The position numbers and the translations under genes are program-made. A DNA stretch of 64,000 bases from Macrostomum lignano (taxonomy: Eukaryota), in contig NIVC01002846.1 of assembly GCA_002269645.1 (NCBI GenBank), positions 6,491-70,490 on the forward strand. The letters run 5' to 3'. The notes under the pieces are model-generated. The model worked only from the letters and a program-made list of their open reading frames with translations. It was not told the origin of the DNA and searched no databases. Position 1 is the first letter of the stretch; every line of letters begins with the position of its first letter. Below, one piece after another: positions 11,845 through 24,222 of this stretch.

Positions 11845-14800
11845 ATGTCAGGAATTGGTTCCACTTTGCTAAAAAAGATGGGATGGAAAGAAGGTAAGTT
11901 TTGTAAATGAAGTGAGCATTAATGTTATAATTTATTCATTTTTTATTTGGTTTATTTTTACTTCTACCAAATATAGGTCTATTTGGCAAATATCAGGGTT
12001 TTTTTAAATTCATTTTTGGTGATTTGAAAGCAAGAAAACTATAAGGCAAAATCCAAAAACGTGGGATAAAAGTAAAAACGGAAATGGTAAAACAAATCTG
12101 CGGACATTCAATAGAAATTAATATATCTAAAAAAAGGGTTTTTAATAGATAGATAGGTCTTTAAAAAATAGTTCTGGATAAAAACTATTGTTTTCATGCT
12201 TTATATCATTAAATAAATAAGAAAAAACCACAAAAAAGCATTTTAAAAGTCTGAGTTGACCAATTTGCAATTTTTTGTTTCACTTTTTTCATTATTAAAC
12301 AAATAATTTTAAGACTTGTAGGCCTTAAAGAAGGCTAATTTTTTACTACTTATGAAACAAAAAGTAATCTGTGTTTTACTTTTTATTCTATTTAAAAAGA
12401 TGAAGTATTTATAAGGATTTCAAAGTTTTTCTAAAACCACATAAACTCACAAAAATTCATACTAATTTAAAGTGCAAAGTTTGCCAGCAAACATCTTTCT
12501 CTAAAAGTAAATATGAGTATATTGCTGATTGATTCCTTGTTGCAAAATAATCTTTAAGTTGTTTTCTTTCATTTAAATATCAACTTGCATAGTATTAGTA
12601 TTTGTAACATGCCTATATTTAGACTTAAAAATTTTGGGTAAAAAATGGTACCACAAAATGTGAACCATTGTATATGTGTATGCCGAATGTGTATCATTGC
12701 GGCATGTATGCAGGAAAAAAATAATTTTCCAAATTACTTTGGTAGAAGCTGAGTAAAATGCAATTTTCCAATCCTTACGGCAATTTGTATGTTTAAATAA
12801 TAGGCCTAAACTTACATTGAATACAATTTATTGCAAACAAACTCTACAAAATATATGTTGTCAAGAGTAATGAAAGTGATAAATAAATAAACCCTAAAAA
12901 TATTGTTAAATATGTTGTAGAATTATAGTGTAACATTATAAGATAGTTAAAGTTAATAAAATATAATATTATAGCTTTTCTATCATTTTCATTAGAGTCA
13001 TTTTAGGTCATAATTAAACTTACCATTTTAACAAATCATTTTATTAAAAATAAAGCTATACATAAATAATATGTGCTCTTATAGACTTTTTACCTTTTAA
13101 AAACTTAAATAAATTTATTTTATAGCTTTATTGCTTTCAAATTGCCAAAAAACAAATTTTCATAAAACTTGCCCCCAATTTTTGGATTTTGCCATAAAAA
13201 TAAATTTATTTAAGTTTTAAAAAGTTAAAAAACATCTATAAAGGCACCAATTATTCACATATAGTCTTATTTTTAATAAAATGATTTGTTAAAATGGTTA
13301 AATAAATTATGACCTAGGCTAAAATGACTAATAAAAATAATAGAAAAGCTCAAACAATGTATTTATTAACTTTTAAGTATCTCATAATATTACGTTCTAT
13401 TAGGCTACAATATATTTAACATTCTTTTTAAAGGTTTATTTGTTTATCACTTTCGTTACTATTGACAATGTGTATTTTGTAGAGTTTGTTTGCAATAAAT
13501 GCTGTATTTAATGTAAGTTTATTATTTAAGCATACGAATTCCCATAAGGATCAAAAAATTGCATTTTACTCAGCTTCTACTGAAGAAATTTGGAAAATTC
13601 TTTTTTTGCATACATGCTGCAATAATACATATTTAAGTGTAATTTCATTGTTTTTCATCACTTAACAAGCATACAGTAAGTGTCAAAGGCATGATTGCTC
13701 TCACTGAAATTATCCTACCACTGAGTCACCAAAGTTATGCTAGCAGTGTTCCTGTACAACATGAAATCCCACCGGTTAGCCACCAAGTTGTTGAAGGGCT
13801 GATTCTTCTGTCTCTACAAATGATTCTATAGCTGTCACTAAAGTTGTCAAAGGGCTTAACTTCTGTCTTTATAAATGATTCCACAATGCTACCAAGTTGT
13901 ACTAGGGGTTATACTTCTTTCTATTAAATGTCTTAATGTTAGTAGCTGCCACCAAGACTAAATTATGAGTTTATTAATCTTAGAATAAGTCTAAGAAATG
14001 TTTTTTGGAATTAGTCTGAGTATATATCTGAGTAGTTGTCTGAGTATCTATTTGAGAATTTTTCTGAGTATATTGTTCTTAGAATACTATTTAGGCCTTA
14101 CAAGTATTGTTCTCCTGTTATTCTGGCCTGAGCCTGAGCGGTATATTGGCTTACTGGTATATGTATTGCATGTACTTCCAATCCTAGGTATTACCAAGAT
14201 CAGAGGGTCACAGCCTCTGGTTATTCTTTCATGTATCAATTTAGGATCTACTTCATAGTCTCTTACTACTTCCACTTCTTAGTAGTATATACTGTATGTG
14301 TTCTCTGCCACTTCACTTCTCTTCTGCAAATGAATAACTTGAAAAACAATCTTCAATAATGTTTACTTGGAACTCTTACTATTCACTTTAACTGTCTTGC
14401 TATCAAACTGCGATATGCAAGGTTGGTCTCTCCTCTGCCGAAAATGCTTCTATTTATACTAAAATTTACTGCTAGTTTAAACAAAAATTAGTTTGTGTAA
14501 AATATTATTAAAAATATGTGTATTATAACAAATGTGTTTTCCTTTTGGCACGCAAGATTTGGCACGCATTCAAAATGAGTTATACGATTATCAATTTTAT
14601 AAAAGAATCGGGAGGGGCCCTGCACATAAGCATCTGATTTGGAAGCCAGGTAACACATTGGAATTCCTATAAGGATTGGAAAATTGCATTTTACTCAGCT
14701 TCTACTGAAGCATTTTGGAAAATTCTTTTTCCTGCATACACACCGCATCCGCAATAATACATATTTTAGTGTAATTTCATTGTTCTTTGTTGCCTCATAA

Positions 14801-17800
14801 GCCTACAAGAAGCATTTGATTTGGATGCCGGGTTCACATTTTGTGGTACCATTTTTCCCCCAATTTTTAAATCTAAATATAGGTAAATTACATACACTAA
14901 TACTATACAAGTTAATATTTAAATGAAAGAAAACAACTTGAAGATTATTTTGCAACAAAGAATTAGCAGTATATTTACTTTTAGAGAAAGATGCTTGCTA
15001 GCAAACTTTGCACTTTAAATAAGTATGAATCTTTGCAAGTTAAGTGGTTTTAAAGAAACTCAGAAATCCTTTAAAATACTGCAGCTTTTTGAATAAAATA
15101 AAAAGTAAAACACAGATTACTTTCTATTTTGTAAGTAGTAAAATATGAGCCTTCTTAAATGTCTAAAAGTCTTAAAAAAATTGTTTAATTATGAAAAAAG
15201 TGAAACAAAAATGTGAATCAGTCAACTTAGACTTTTAAAATGCTTTTTTTGTGGTTTTTTACTCATTTATTAAATAATGCAAAGCATAAAAACAATAGTT
15301 TTCATCCAGAAATATTTTTAAAGACTTAAAGTCCAAATTGACCATTGTGATTTTTTGTATCCCTAGGCTCATTTCTATCCTCTGAGATGATCTTGCTACT
15401 GTCACCAAAAATGTTGAAAGGCCAAACTTCTCTCTTTAAATCTCAATTGCTACTACCAAAGTAGTGTTCTGCTGTAACTATGGCTATGGCTATGGGATCT
15501 TATGGCAAATATGGTAAAATAAGTGCCTATGGCAACTATGGATATGCCTATAGTAGCAATGTTGGGCACCAGTCCATTAATAAGTATTAATAAGCATTAA
15601 GATTATACATTAAAGTTAATAGACTGCCATTAATGGATTAATAGACTAATGGATTACAAATTTGTGTTAATAATTTTGTAAGTTAATAACAAATTCATTG
15701 TTAATGTTAATGGCAATGTTAATGACCAGAGATGCAAAGAAAGAACAAAAATATAAGTCTAAAAAGAAGTTACAACATTATGAATATGTTTGAATTTACC
15801 TACATGCCTGATTAATCTCTTTAATAATGCATTAAAATTGTGAACTTTATTGCTTGTGTGTAAGCATCAATTGCTTTTATTCACTTCATCACTTTTTAGC
15901 TTTTAAATTGCTTAGATGATCTTTGTGTTTCACTAAAAAGATGGAAAAGCAAAGACAGTACATTGTAAAGTCTGTTTTGTAAAAAAGTGTTAGATTTCTA
16001 TATTTTCTGTGTTAACTTTAATGGATTAATGCTTATTAATAATTATAAATTAACTTTTAGTTACCTTAACAAAATTAAGAGTTAATAAGTTAGGATTTTT
16101 TTGTTTTAATGCTGACACTTGCCATTAATGGAAGTTAAGATTTTCATTAATGGTGCCTAACACTGTATAGTAGATACTGCTCTTATGCTTGACTATGGAA
16201 ATGTGGTAGTTGTTGTCATATTCAGTAGATTTCCATAGCCATAGTTAGTAATTAAAAAATATTAGAAATAGGTAGAATAAAACAAAGATACTTTGGTAAA
16301 CTATATTGGAGACTTATAAACTTATAGATTATACCTAATAAAGTACAATAAAACATTAGCAAACTCTAACTCTTATCAATGTGAAAAAGTTTAGCGTTAG
16401 TACTTTCTGTAGTTATTAAAATTGTTACACTAAAAAAGATAAAATATAATCTTTCAAAGGCAATCAAGTGTTTGTTTTATTTCCATCTTAATTTGCAGTT
16501 GTTTAAGCACAAGGTTATCTTCTCAATTCAAAATAGTTTGTTTCCTAGACTTATTGTTAAAACTATGCAGCTATGGCTATAGGAATTATAAGAATATGGT
16601 AATATTGAGTTCCTTATGGCTACTGAATATAGAGAATTGGAATAAGCCACAGTTTTGCTTATGGCTATAGCTACGACACATAGACCCCCCTTATAGCAGA
16701 ACACTACCAAAGGTTGTTCTACTAGTTCCTAATGTTTATACTTTTATAGATATTGCATGAATATGCATATATGCTTCTGGTAGCATGTATTGTTATGCCT
16801 TTATATGCAGGCTTAACAACAAGTAATTCTTCTGCGGCTGCATACCAACTAGCTGCAGAATTCATTATTTATCTATTGGTAGTGACTATATTTATCTGCT
16901 GGCCCAAGCGGTCCTATGGCATTATCCTATTCCTATATTTATATTTTACTCTTATAAAGGGTTCTTCTATTAGTCCTAGGTATTCTTGGGTTCTTTGACT
17001 TTTTTACTCTGATTCAAATAGAATATTTGGTTGATTTGATATCTCTACCAGAGAGTGGATATGATATTAAACAATAAAAAGAGTAGACATGGTAGAGTAA
17101 GTATAGTAAAGAGAGTATGTATAAATATTATGAAAGTTGTGGCTATCTTGTTCTTATACTAAATATACTATTATCGCCTCAATGATCCTAGTTTTGAGAT
17201 AAGATATCTAGCTGAAGTTTATTTTAGACCTATTGATCCACCCTATAGTAAAGCTACTAATGCACACTAGAAAATGATAATGCCATACTTAAGAAGGTGG
17301 CCTTTGCTGTAAAAAATCGAAATCAATCACCTATGAACTCAAGGGCTCCAGTGGTTTACTAGATATACCCATACAGGAAATTATGTTTTTATAATGATAT
17401 CTATATCCTAGGTTTTTGAGGCCATATAGGCCCCTTGAAAATCTCACTGGAAACTGGATTTTTGGCATCAGAGGCATATCTGACAACTTCATTTTCCCCA
17501 TGCCAGTTGCCAATTTAAAAAAATGATTTTGTAAATATAATAAAAGTGCCATATGAATCAATATGATGGAATTAGTTTTTTTTGGTTGCAGCATATACTG
17601 TATAGCAAATCTTAGAGTTGAGAGAAAAAAATTCTGCTTTTCAAACATAGCCTTGGAAACATCCTCGAGAATTTGGCTAGGCCTAGTTGCCAATGGGCAA
17701 CCAAAAATAGCCATTGGCAACTGGATTTTGAGCCTTAAGGGCCAGCTGGCAACTGGATTTTGAGCCCTAAGGGCCAAATGGCAACTGGATTTCCAACCTT

Positions 17801-18824
17801 AAAAAAACCTAGTCTATATCTATATATTCTGTCTAAAAAACCTCCATATGTTGCTTCAATGACCAACCAATGCCTAATGATAATTATCATCTTAATTACC
17901 TTAGGAACTGCAATTGGCAAGTCTGGAAATGGAATCGTGGAGCCAATTAAGCCAAAACTGAAAATTGGTACTGAAGGTGTAAGTCAACTTTTTATTACTT
18001 CAAATTTAATAGGCTTGTATTCATGAGCTCAATTGTCCCTAACGTTTTTAATGCTTAGCCTGAAATAATGATGAGTTTGAGTTTCTCTGATCAAAAAACT
18101 GAAAGATTACTGCTTGAAATGGCTTGACTTGAGCACAAAGTGCCCTAGCTAAGCTTGGCGCTCAACTTGGGACTTGCCAAATTCCCCTGCCTGGCTCAGT
18201 GTGCAGTGCACTTCATGACCCTAAAAAATTAATAATGCAGCTACAATGCGTCACCCCCAAAATCACCTGAAGATGGGCTTCAAAGAGTCTGAGCGCCTCT
18301 GCTCGGGCTGGTGGATGGACGCCTTCAACCGAGCGGCCGGCGCCTCCGCCTCGCCCGCAACAGCCACTGCCGCACAGGCAACCGCGGCGCCCGTTCTGGG
18401 CCGGCCCTACGGCACGGCCTTCTCCGCGGCCAGCGCCGTCCTTTGCGACGGCCGCGAGCAGCCGTCGGGTGCAGCCCCGTCGCCGGCAGAGCTCCCGGTG
18501 CCAGCTCATCTGCCGCGGACACCGTCGGACGCGGATCTGCTGGCGGCCTGCGGCGGTCGCACGGCTCACTGCGCCGCCAGATTCGGCTTGAGTCTGTCGG
18601 GCAAACTCGCCCGGGTTCGAGCTCAGGACCTCCAGACAGGCGGCAGCGACTCGACGACCGAATCAGCGGGAGCAGCTGTCGAATCAACGAAAAAGAGTAA
18701 AAAGGCGAAAAAGCGAAGGCGCGAGAAAGAGGCGGAACTGGAGACCCCCAGCGGCTCAGTTGTCAAAGCGGTTAAGATGAAGCGGAAACGAACTCGAACT
18801 CCTGACAGAGAAGAAGCTGAGTGA
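11845..18824 (+). CDS. GPATCH4: G-patch domain-containing protein 4-like, 3 exons with a 6-kb first intron
   Basis: Exons 11845-11893, 17905-17978 and 18273-18824. Spliced N-terminus MSGIGSTLLKKMGWKEG|TAIGKSGNGIVEPIKPKLKIGTEG|MGFKESERLCSGWWMDAFNRAA is a G-patch followed by GxG-x10-WW-xx-FN as in GPATCH4. The C-terminus is Lys-rich. Confidence 0.85.
12157..15326. mobile_element. Composite foldback/MITE-like structure: outer ~500-bp inverted repeats and an inner ~430-bp hairpin
   Basis: 12157-12666 is the reverse complement of 14831-15326 (aaaaatggtaccacaaaatgtgaacc / ggttcacattttgtggtaccattttt). 12700-13125 is the reverse complement of 13194-13625. 14665-14790 is a direct copy of 13540-13650. 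Confidence 0.8.
15557..16165. mobile_element. Decayed MITE with short TIRs and TTAAT/GTTAA-rich subterminal repeats
   Basis: The left end caatgttgggcacc...cattaat matches the reverse complement of the right end attaatggtgcctaacactg. Confidence 0.55.
17408..17812. mobile_element. MITE-like element with TIR CTAGGTTTTT and internal GGCAACTGGATTTT repeats
   Basis: Ends ctaggttttt and aaaaacctag. Three ~30-bp direct repeats lie at 17712-17795, with inverted copies near 17490 and 17685. Confidence 0.5.
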
Positions 18825-19322
18825 CATGACTTGCGTGTAGACTGTAGAGTTTCATAATTCATACCATACGACCATACATGTGGGTTGGCTGCTGTCAGTC
18901 TTAATAAACCGTTACGCTTCCAGTGTATTGCAAGTGACAGGTTAATTAAAAATGAGAACTCAGAAATCGGAAAGATTGTCATTTAATTATCAAGTCAAGA
19001 GGAACGTCTGGGCGAATGTCTTTATTTGGCAATTTGTAAGCAAGGAACGCGGTTTAAGAGTTAAGGCATGGATTGTGCAAGTGCATTTTACAAGGTGGCA
19101 GGGGAAATTCGGTTGTCTTAGTTCAGCAGTTCAGCTACAGTTTGGGTTTATCACAAACCTGGACGGAAAGGTAATTGTAAAATTTTCACAGCAACACTGA
19201 GACCGGCCCGCCCATTGGAGTGGGAAGAGAGCAGGGTAGTCTCAATTTTGCACCTGAAGTGACGTCATGAAAAATATCTCATTAGCTCAATCGTCAATTC
19301 TATAGCCATACTCGTCTGCAGT

Positions 19323-21535
19323 CTAGCTGTACATGTGAGTCTGCATCATGACCTTGACGAACTCTTCAACATCGACTGCATTGTCGCCGTTTGTGTCGGC
19401 TTCCTGGATCATCTCCTCCAGCTCAGAGTCCGGTATGCGCACTTTGTAGTCACGGCAGAGCTTCTTCAGGTTGGCCAGGGTCACCTTGCCGGTGCCATCT
19501 GCGTTCGGGATGAGGGAGAGGAGGATTTGGACTCGTGATTTTGACTAGCTTGATAAGACGTTTTCAGGTTTGAGCATTAAATCCCACCTTCTGAACTTCT
19601 GAATATAAAATGCAGCATGTGTGTTGTCCAAGGTTTAATTCAAATGTTCTCAGGCTAACGATCGGGTTTCAAGACCATTTCAACTGTCCTTATCTCTTCA
19701 ATGCGTCTCAAGGGTTTCTGGGCTGAATTTTGTCCAGCGCCCCAGATTGTGCAAAGAAGCAAATCTTGAGAAAATCAGTTTACAGAAGTCGATAACTTCT
19801 ACATGTAGCTTTATCTTGCCGGTGCATTTTGCAACGATAACCGGCCTTCCTGCAGAGAAATTTGCATGATAACGCAACAACCTTTGTTGTTTCAATTCTT
19901 ACCCAAGTCGAAGTGCTTGAATCCCAGCACGATCTCGTCGTGCAGGTCCCTCACGTCGCCTTGTCGGTCGATGACAAAGTTTAGAAATGCGTTGAAGTCA
20001 GTGGCGCTGGAATGAATTGTTGGGATGGCCCGAATGGACATTATTAACTGCCTTGGGAACTCTGCTGGTTCGTTCCACCAAACCAAACCACTCGTCCTTT
20101 CTGTGTGCATTCAGTATCTGCACTATACATCAACCTCAATGCACCCAACACCCAAACTCACACAAGCCCTTTGTTAAGCTCGGTCGCCATCTTGTGCACC
20201 TGGTCCATGTCGGTCTTGAAGCCCAGAGCTCGCAGGGCCAGACGGACTTCGGCCAGACTCAGATTGCTGCATGGAATGAGCAGGCATTTTTGCAAGCCTA
20301 TAGCTTCTAACTAGCATGAGCTTAAAATAACTCCGGGCCTCACCCGTCTAGATCTGAGTCGAACACGTCAAACACGAGCTTGAGGTCGCGAATCTCCTGC
20401 GGCGTGAGCTCATCCAGGGCCCGTACCCCAATTTTCATGTTGTGCAGCTCTTTCTCCTCGACTTCGTGCGTTTTTAACACGTGCAGAAGCTATGGGATGT
20501 GGCGTTTTGCATTGTCATTGTCACATGCATTTGCTTTTTTTACAAACTAAAACTGTGCCTTTGCATAAAACCTGTGTGCGTACTGATTAAAGTGCCGCGG
20601 AGCTACATGTACATGTATATGTGGGGGTCACGCTCACCCCGCAACAACTGCGCCGCCACCATTGAAATTGCGCTCTAAAAACTAAATGAGAAGTATAGCC
20701 AAAGCTCGACAAATTACAGGCGCTGAACAGTTGTCACTTGTTTGACATCGCATCGACCCACCTACAGACAGGGGCACCCACCAAGAGACAGGTGCAGTGG
20801 TCCCTACGCCACTGTCTGAGGCTTCGGAGTCAACTAAAGTGCGTAATATGCGATTTTAGGAGATTTTTTGTCTTGGGATCTGTAAATTGGGGCGGGAGTG
20901 TGCTTTTGAGGTTCATTTAATTTGCACTGCCATCAACTGAAGCCTATTTTGGTGATCACACTCAGGGAAACGACAAAACTTGGAGGCCGATCTATTAATA
21001 ACTTAGTTCTCGAAAAGCATTACCTCGATATGCTCTACCTTGTAGTCAGTGATGTCTGTGGTAAAAACCAATTAATAGGCCTCCAAGTTTGTCGTTTCCT
21101 GTCCCGAGTATTGAGTAGTCCCTGATCACACTGTACATGATTTTTTGTCACCTTTTATACCAGTCACGTGATTTTATTGCAATGTTTTGTAAAGAAGGAT
21201 CAGTAAGGATGTTGCAGTAGTGAGTGAAAAACAAGGGTGAAATTGTTAAAAAATTGGAACCCCATGCTTCTGCAGTGTTCTTTAAATGGTATTTTCAAAG
21301 GTGCTATCAAAAGGCAAAATTTATTTCATAGTTTAGGACAGTGGCTACTTACATTTTCTCCCAGCAGTGGTATGTTTGGTGGCAGTGGCTTGGGCATCAG
21401 GACACTGCCAGAATCTTGTGCACCTCCATCAGCTTTGGGCAGATCAGAACGCCCAGCAATGCTTGCCTTGTTGCCCAACTTCTTGCTGCCTTTCTTGCCA
21501 CCCTTTTTACCACCTTTCTTGCCACCTTTTGGCAT
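19323..21535 (-). CDS. Centrin/caltractin-like EF-hand protein with a GGKK-repeat N-terminus, 5 exons
   Basis: Exons 21535-21353, 20489-20344, 20266-20162, 20006-19903 and 19498-19323, with phases 0/2/2/1 all consistent. EF1 DSDLDGNLSLAE, then ALRALGF; EF3 DLDGTGKVTLAN ends in N as in centrins; EF4 DTNGDNAVDVEE. Confidence 0.85.
20963..21101. mobile_element. ~140-bp MITE with ~30-bp TIRs in centrin-like intron 1
   Basis: cagggaaacgacaaaacttggaggccgatctattaat is nearly the reverse complement of attaataggcctccaagtttgtcgtttcctg. Its CpGs are retained. Confidence 0.75.
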
Positions 21536-24222
21536 AGCTTGAGCTGAAACATGTAGTCAAACATTTTAAGTGATTTTTATCAAGAAATTTTTACATTGCA
21601 AACAATAAAAATAAATATTTCAATGATAGTTCAGTAAAATTTTAAAATGTGACTTTAACTTTCTTTTTTTAACTTTTAACAAAGAGTTAGGCTGTCAGGC
21701 CCTATATCTATCTTGTTATTATTATTTCAAACAAGAAATAAAAAATGCTAACAAATATTTATCAATCATCATATTCATAGTACTAAACTATCCATATACA
21801 TTAATAAGTTCAAAGGAAAACAGTCATATGAAAAAACTTTTTATGAGCTTCTATTTTATATGAGATATATTATCATATATATATATATATATATACATCT
21901 TAGTATAACAATATTCAGTGTGTATATATATATATATAGTATTACTGTACTATTATTTATTTGACCGAAAGTCTTTTAAAGCTTGACAGTGCAATTTCAT
22001 CTAGAAAAAAGCTTTTTAGTTTCTTTGCTATATGTGATATATTTTAAGTATAACTTCTCTTTCAATTGTTTAAGTTTTCCAAGAATTTCATGATTGATTT
22101 ATTATGCCCAGCTCATGTCTAATAATATATTGATCCACAACATTACAATACAGATTTTTCTTTGTATATTTTTTTTTTAATTTGGACTAAAAATTTTTTT
22201 CTAACGGACTAAATAGATTTACTAATTCTGCCTTACATCTGAATTATTATACTTTATTCTTGACATTAATTTAATACATCATTTTATTTGTCATTATAGC
22301 TATTACCTATTTAGCTATAAATACTTCGAGTACTGTTGATCTACTTACAATACAACAGACAATAGTATGATTGTATAGAGTTAGGTTCTACACTGTACAG
22401 ATCCAGTAGTTATTATTTTGTACCTTCTGTGCAAATATGCATAATTCAGTAATTATAGGCCTTCCTTACTAACTTCATTCCATGTATCCAAGATTTATCC
22501 ATAAATGATGGATAAATGAATGAATGAATAAGTTTTCGTAAGACTACGTTAAAAGGTAATAGAAACGATGAAGCTGCACTAAGTAAAGCTAAGCAGACAT
22601 CTTTTCATAGGGAAAAAGTAACTTTGTTAAGAAAAAGCTAAAACCATGTTAGCGGTTTTTAAACTAGCTATTTGGGTTTTGCATAATGCATTCTACTTTT
22701 TGTTTTAAATCTGTTTTTTACAACGAAGAGTGTATCACGCACCGACCGAAGTTTTTAGTAATGTTACACAGACACAGTACTATAGTGCGCACTCGGAATG
22801 AAAGTCTTCTAAAAACAATTCGCATCATTCTATCAAACTAAAGCGCACCCAAAAACGGTTTTTAACTTTTTGTTTGGTATTTTTGCCAGCTGAGCTAGAC
22901 CAAATATACATAGTAGTGCGCATGCGTGTGCATTGCCGCGTAGTCCAGAATTTTGGTACTTGACGATCAACGGGGGGGGGGTAAAATTGTAAGGAGGCCA
23001 AGAGAATTTCACCTCCCTCGTCACCCTATTGGGAATGTATACCGAGCCCTATAGCTTTACCCGTAGCTATACAGCTAGTACATGTACATTTGTTCAGTTA
23101 TCTACAAAATTTCAATCTTGTAAAAATTTGTCTATTCTCACGAAGTAAAACGTTTAACTTTCATAAATTAAATGATCAGGTCGTCTAACATGTACGAGGG
23201 CTGTTGTATAAAGATATGTACAGGGACGGCGACAACTATATTTAAAACAAGTGTTTTTTAGTAATTGAAACAAGTTTTTTTAGTTGTCCCTGGTGATGTA
23301 ATAATTATATATTTAATTAACGTCATGTTGTAAACTATACAACGTCACGTACATGATCCCCGGAAGATATTTTGTTGGGGACTGCATGGAAGACTCGAAG
23401 AATCAAAAATAAAAATGTTTCAATTGTATGTGATAGATGCATGTGTATATACATGTAAACGGATCATGAATGTCAATTAGTTCAGTCCCTCCATTCAATG
23501 AGCTTGGTTATCGATTTAGTTATTGCAGGAGAGCAACTTTTAGTCGGCTATATAGTCGGCTATAGCCGATTTGGTCGGCTATATAGCCTGTTGCCATATT
23601 TTACATGTATCTTGAAGGCATGATGTATGCATGCATACTTTTAGTTTTGTTTCAACATAAGCTATATAGAGCTTTCTGCGTCGAACTAGGCAATTGTACT
23701 GTATATACCTGTACGTCGATCTAAACGATTTAGATCGATGCAATAGCGATGCATGCACATGTGTAGTAGGCCGCGGATTTCTGACGCTGACAAATTCGAA
23801 TATTTGCATATAATGTATGTAAAATGCATAAACTTTTTTCAAGTCAGCAGCGCTTACGAACAAGTCGAAATTCCGGGCTGATGGTATCGCAATGTGTTTG
23901 CTAAAACCAAATATGTCCCTTAATAGCATATTTCAAATATACTGTATCACTGACTTCGTCTACACGTCTACATGGCTTATTTTGCAACGAGAAATTAATA
24001 CAAGACAGCTTGGAAACCATACTTTTCTGCTTTGCTTCAAGCGCTTGTATATAAGCCAAACAAACTGTATTTTCATGAGCTACATACATGTACACGCAGG
24101 GATGCCAAAAGAATAGATAAAGAAGAGTGAATTTAAAACTGCACTACACGCCCTACTGATTCACACCAGTGAAACAAACACAACTGTAATCAGAAACTCC
24201 TAGCCATCAAGCATCAGCAGAA

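Noticed and set aside
18824-19323. Possible 3' overlap of the convergent GPATCH4 and centrin-like genes
   Set aside because: The poly(A) signals (AATAAA at ~18903 on + and ~19021 on -) predict non-overlapping ends.
11260-23230. Short Tc1/pogo- or mariner-like TIR starts (TACAGTGGTCC at ~11261, TACGAGGGCTG at ~23193)
   Set aside because: I could not find matching partner ends, so they are too short to call.
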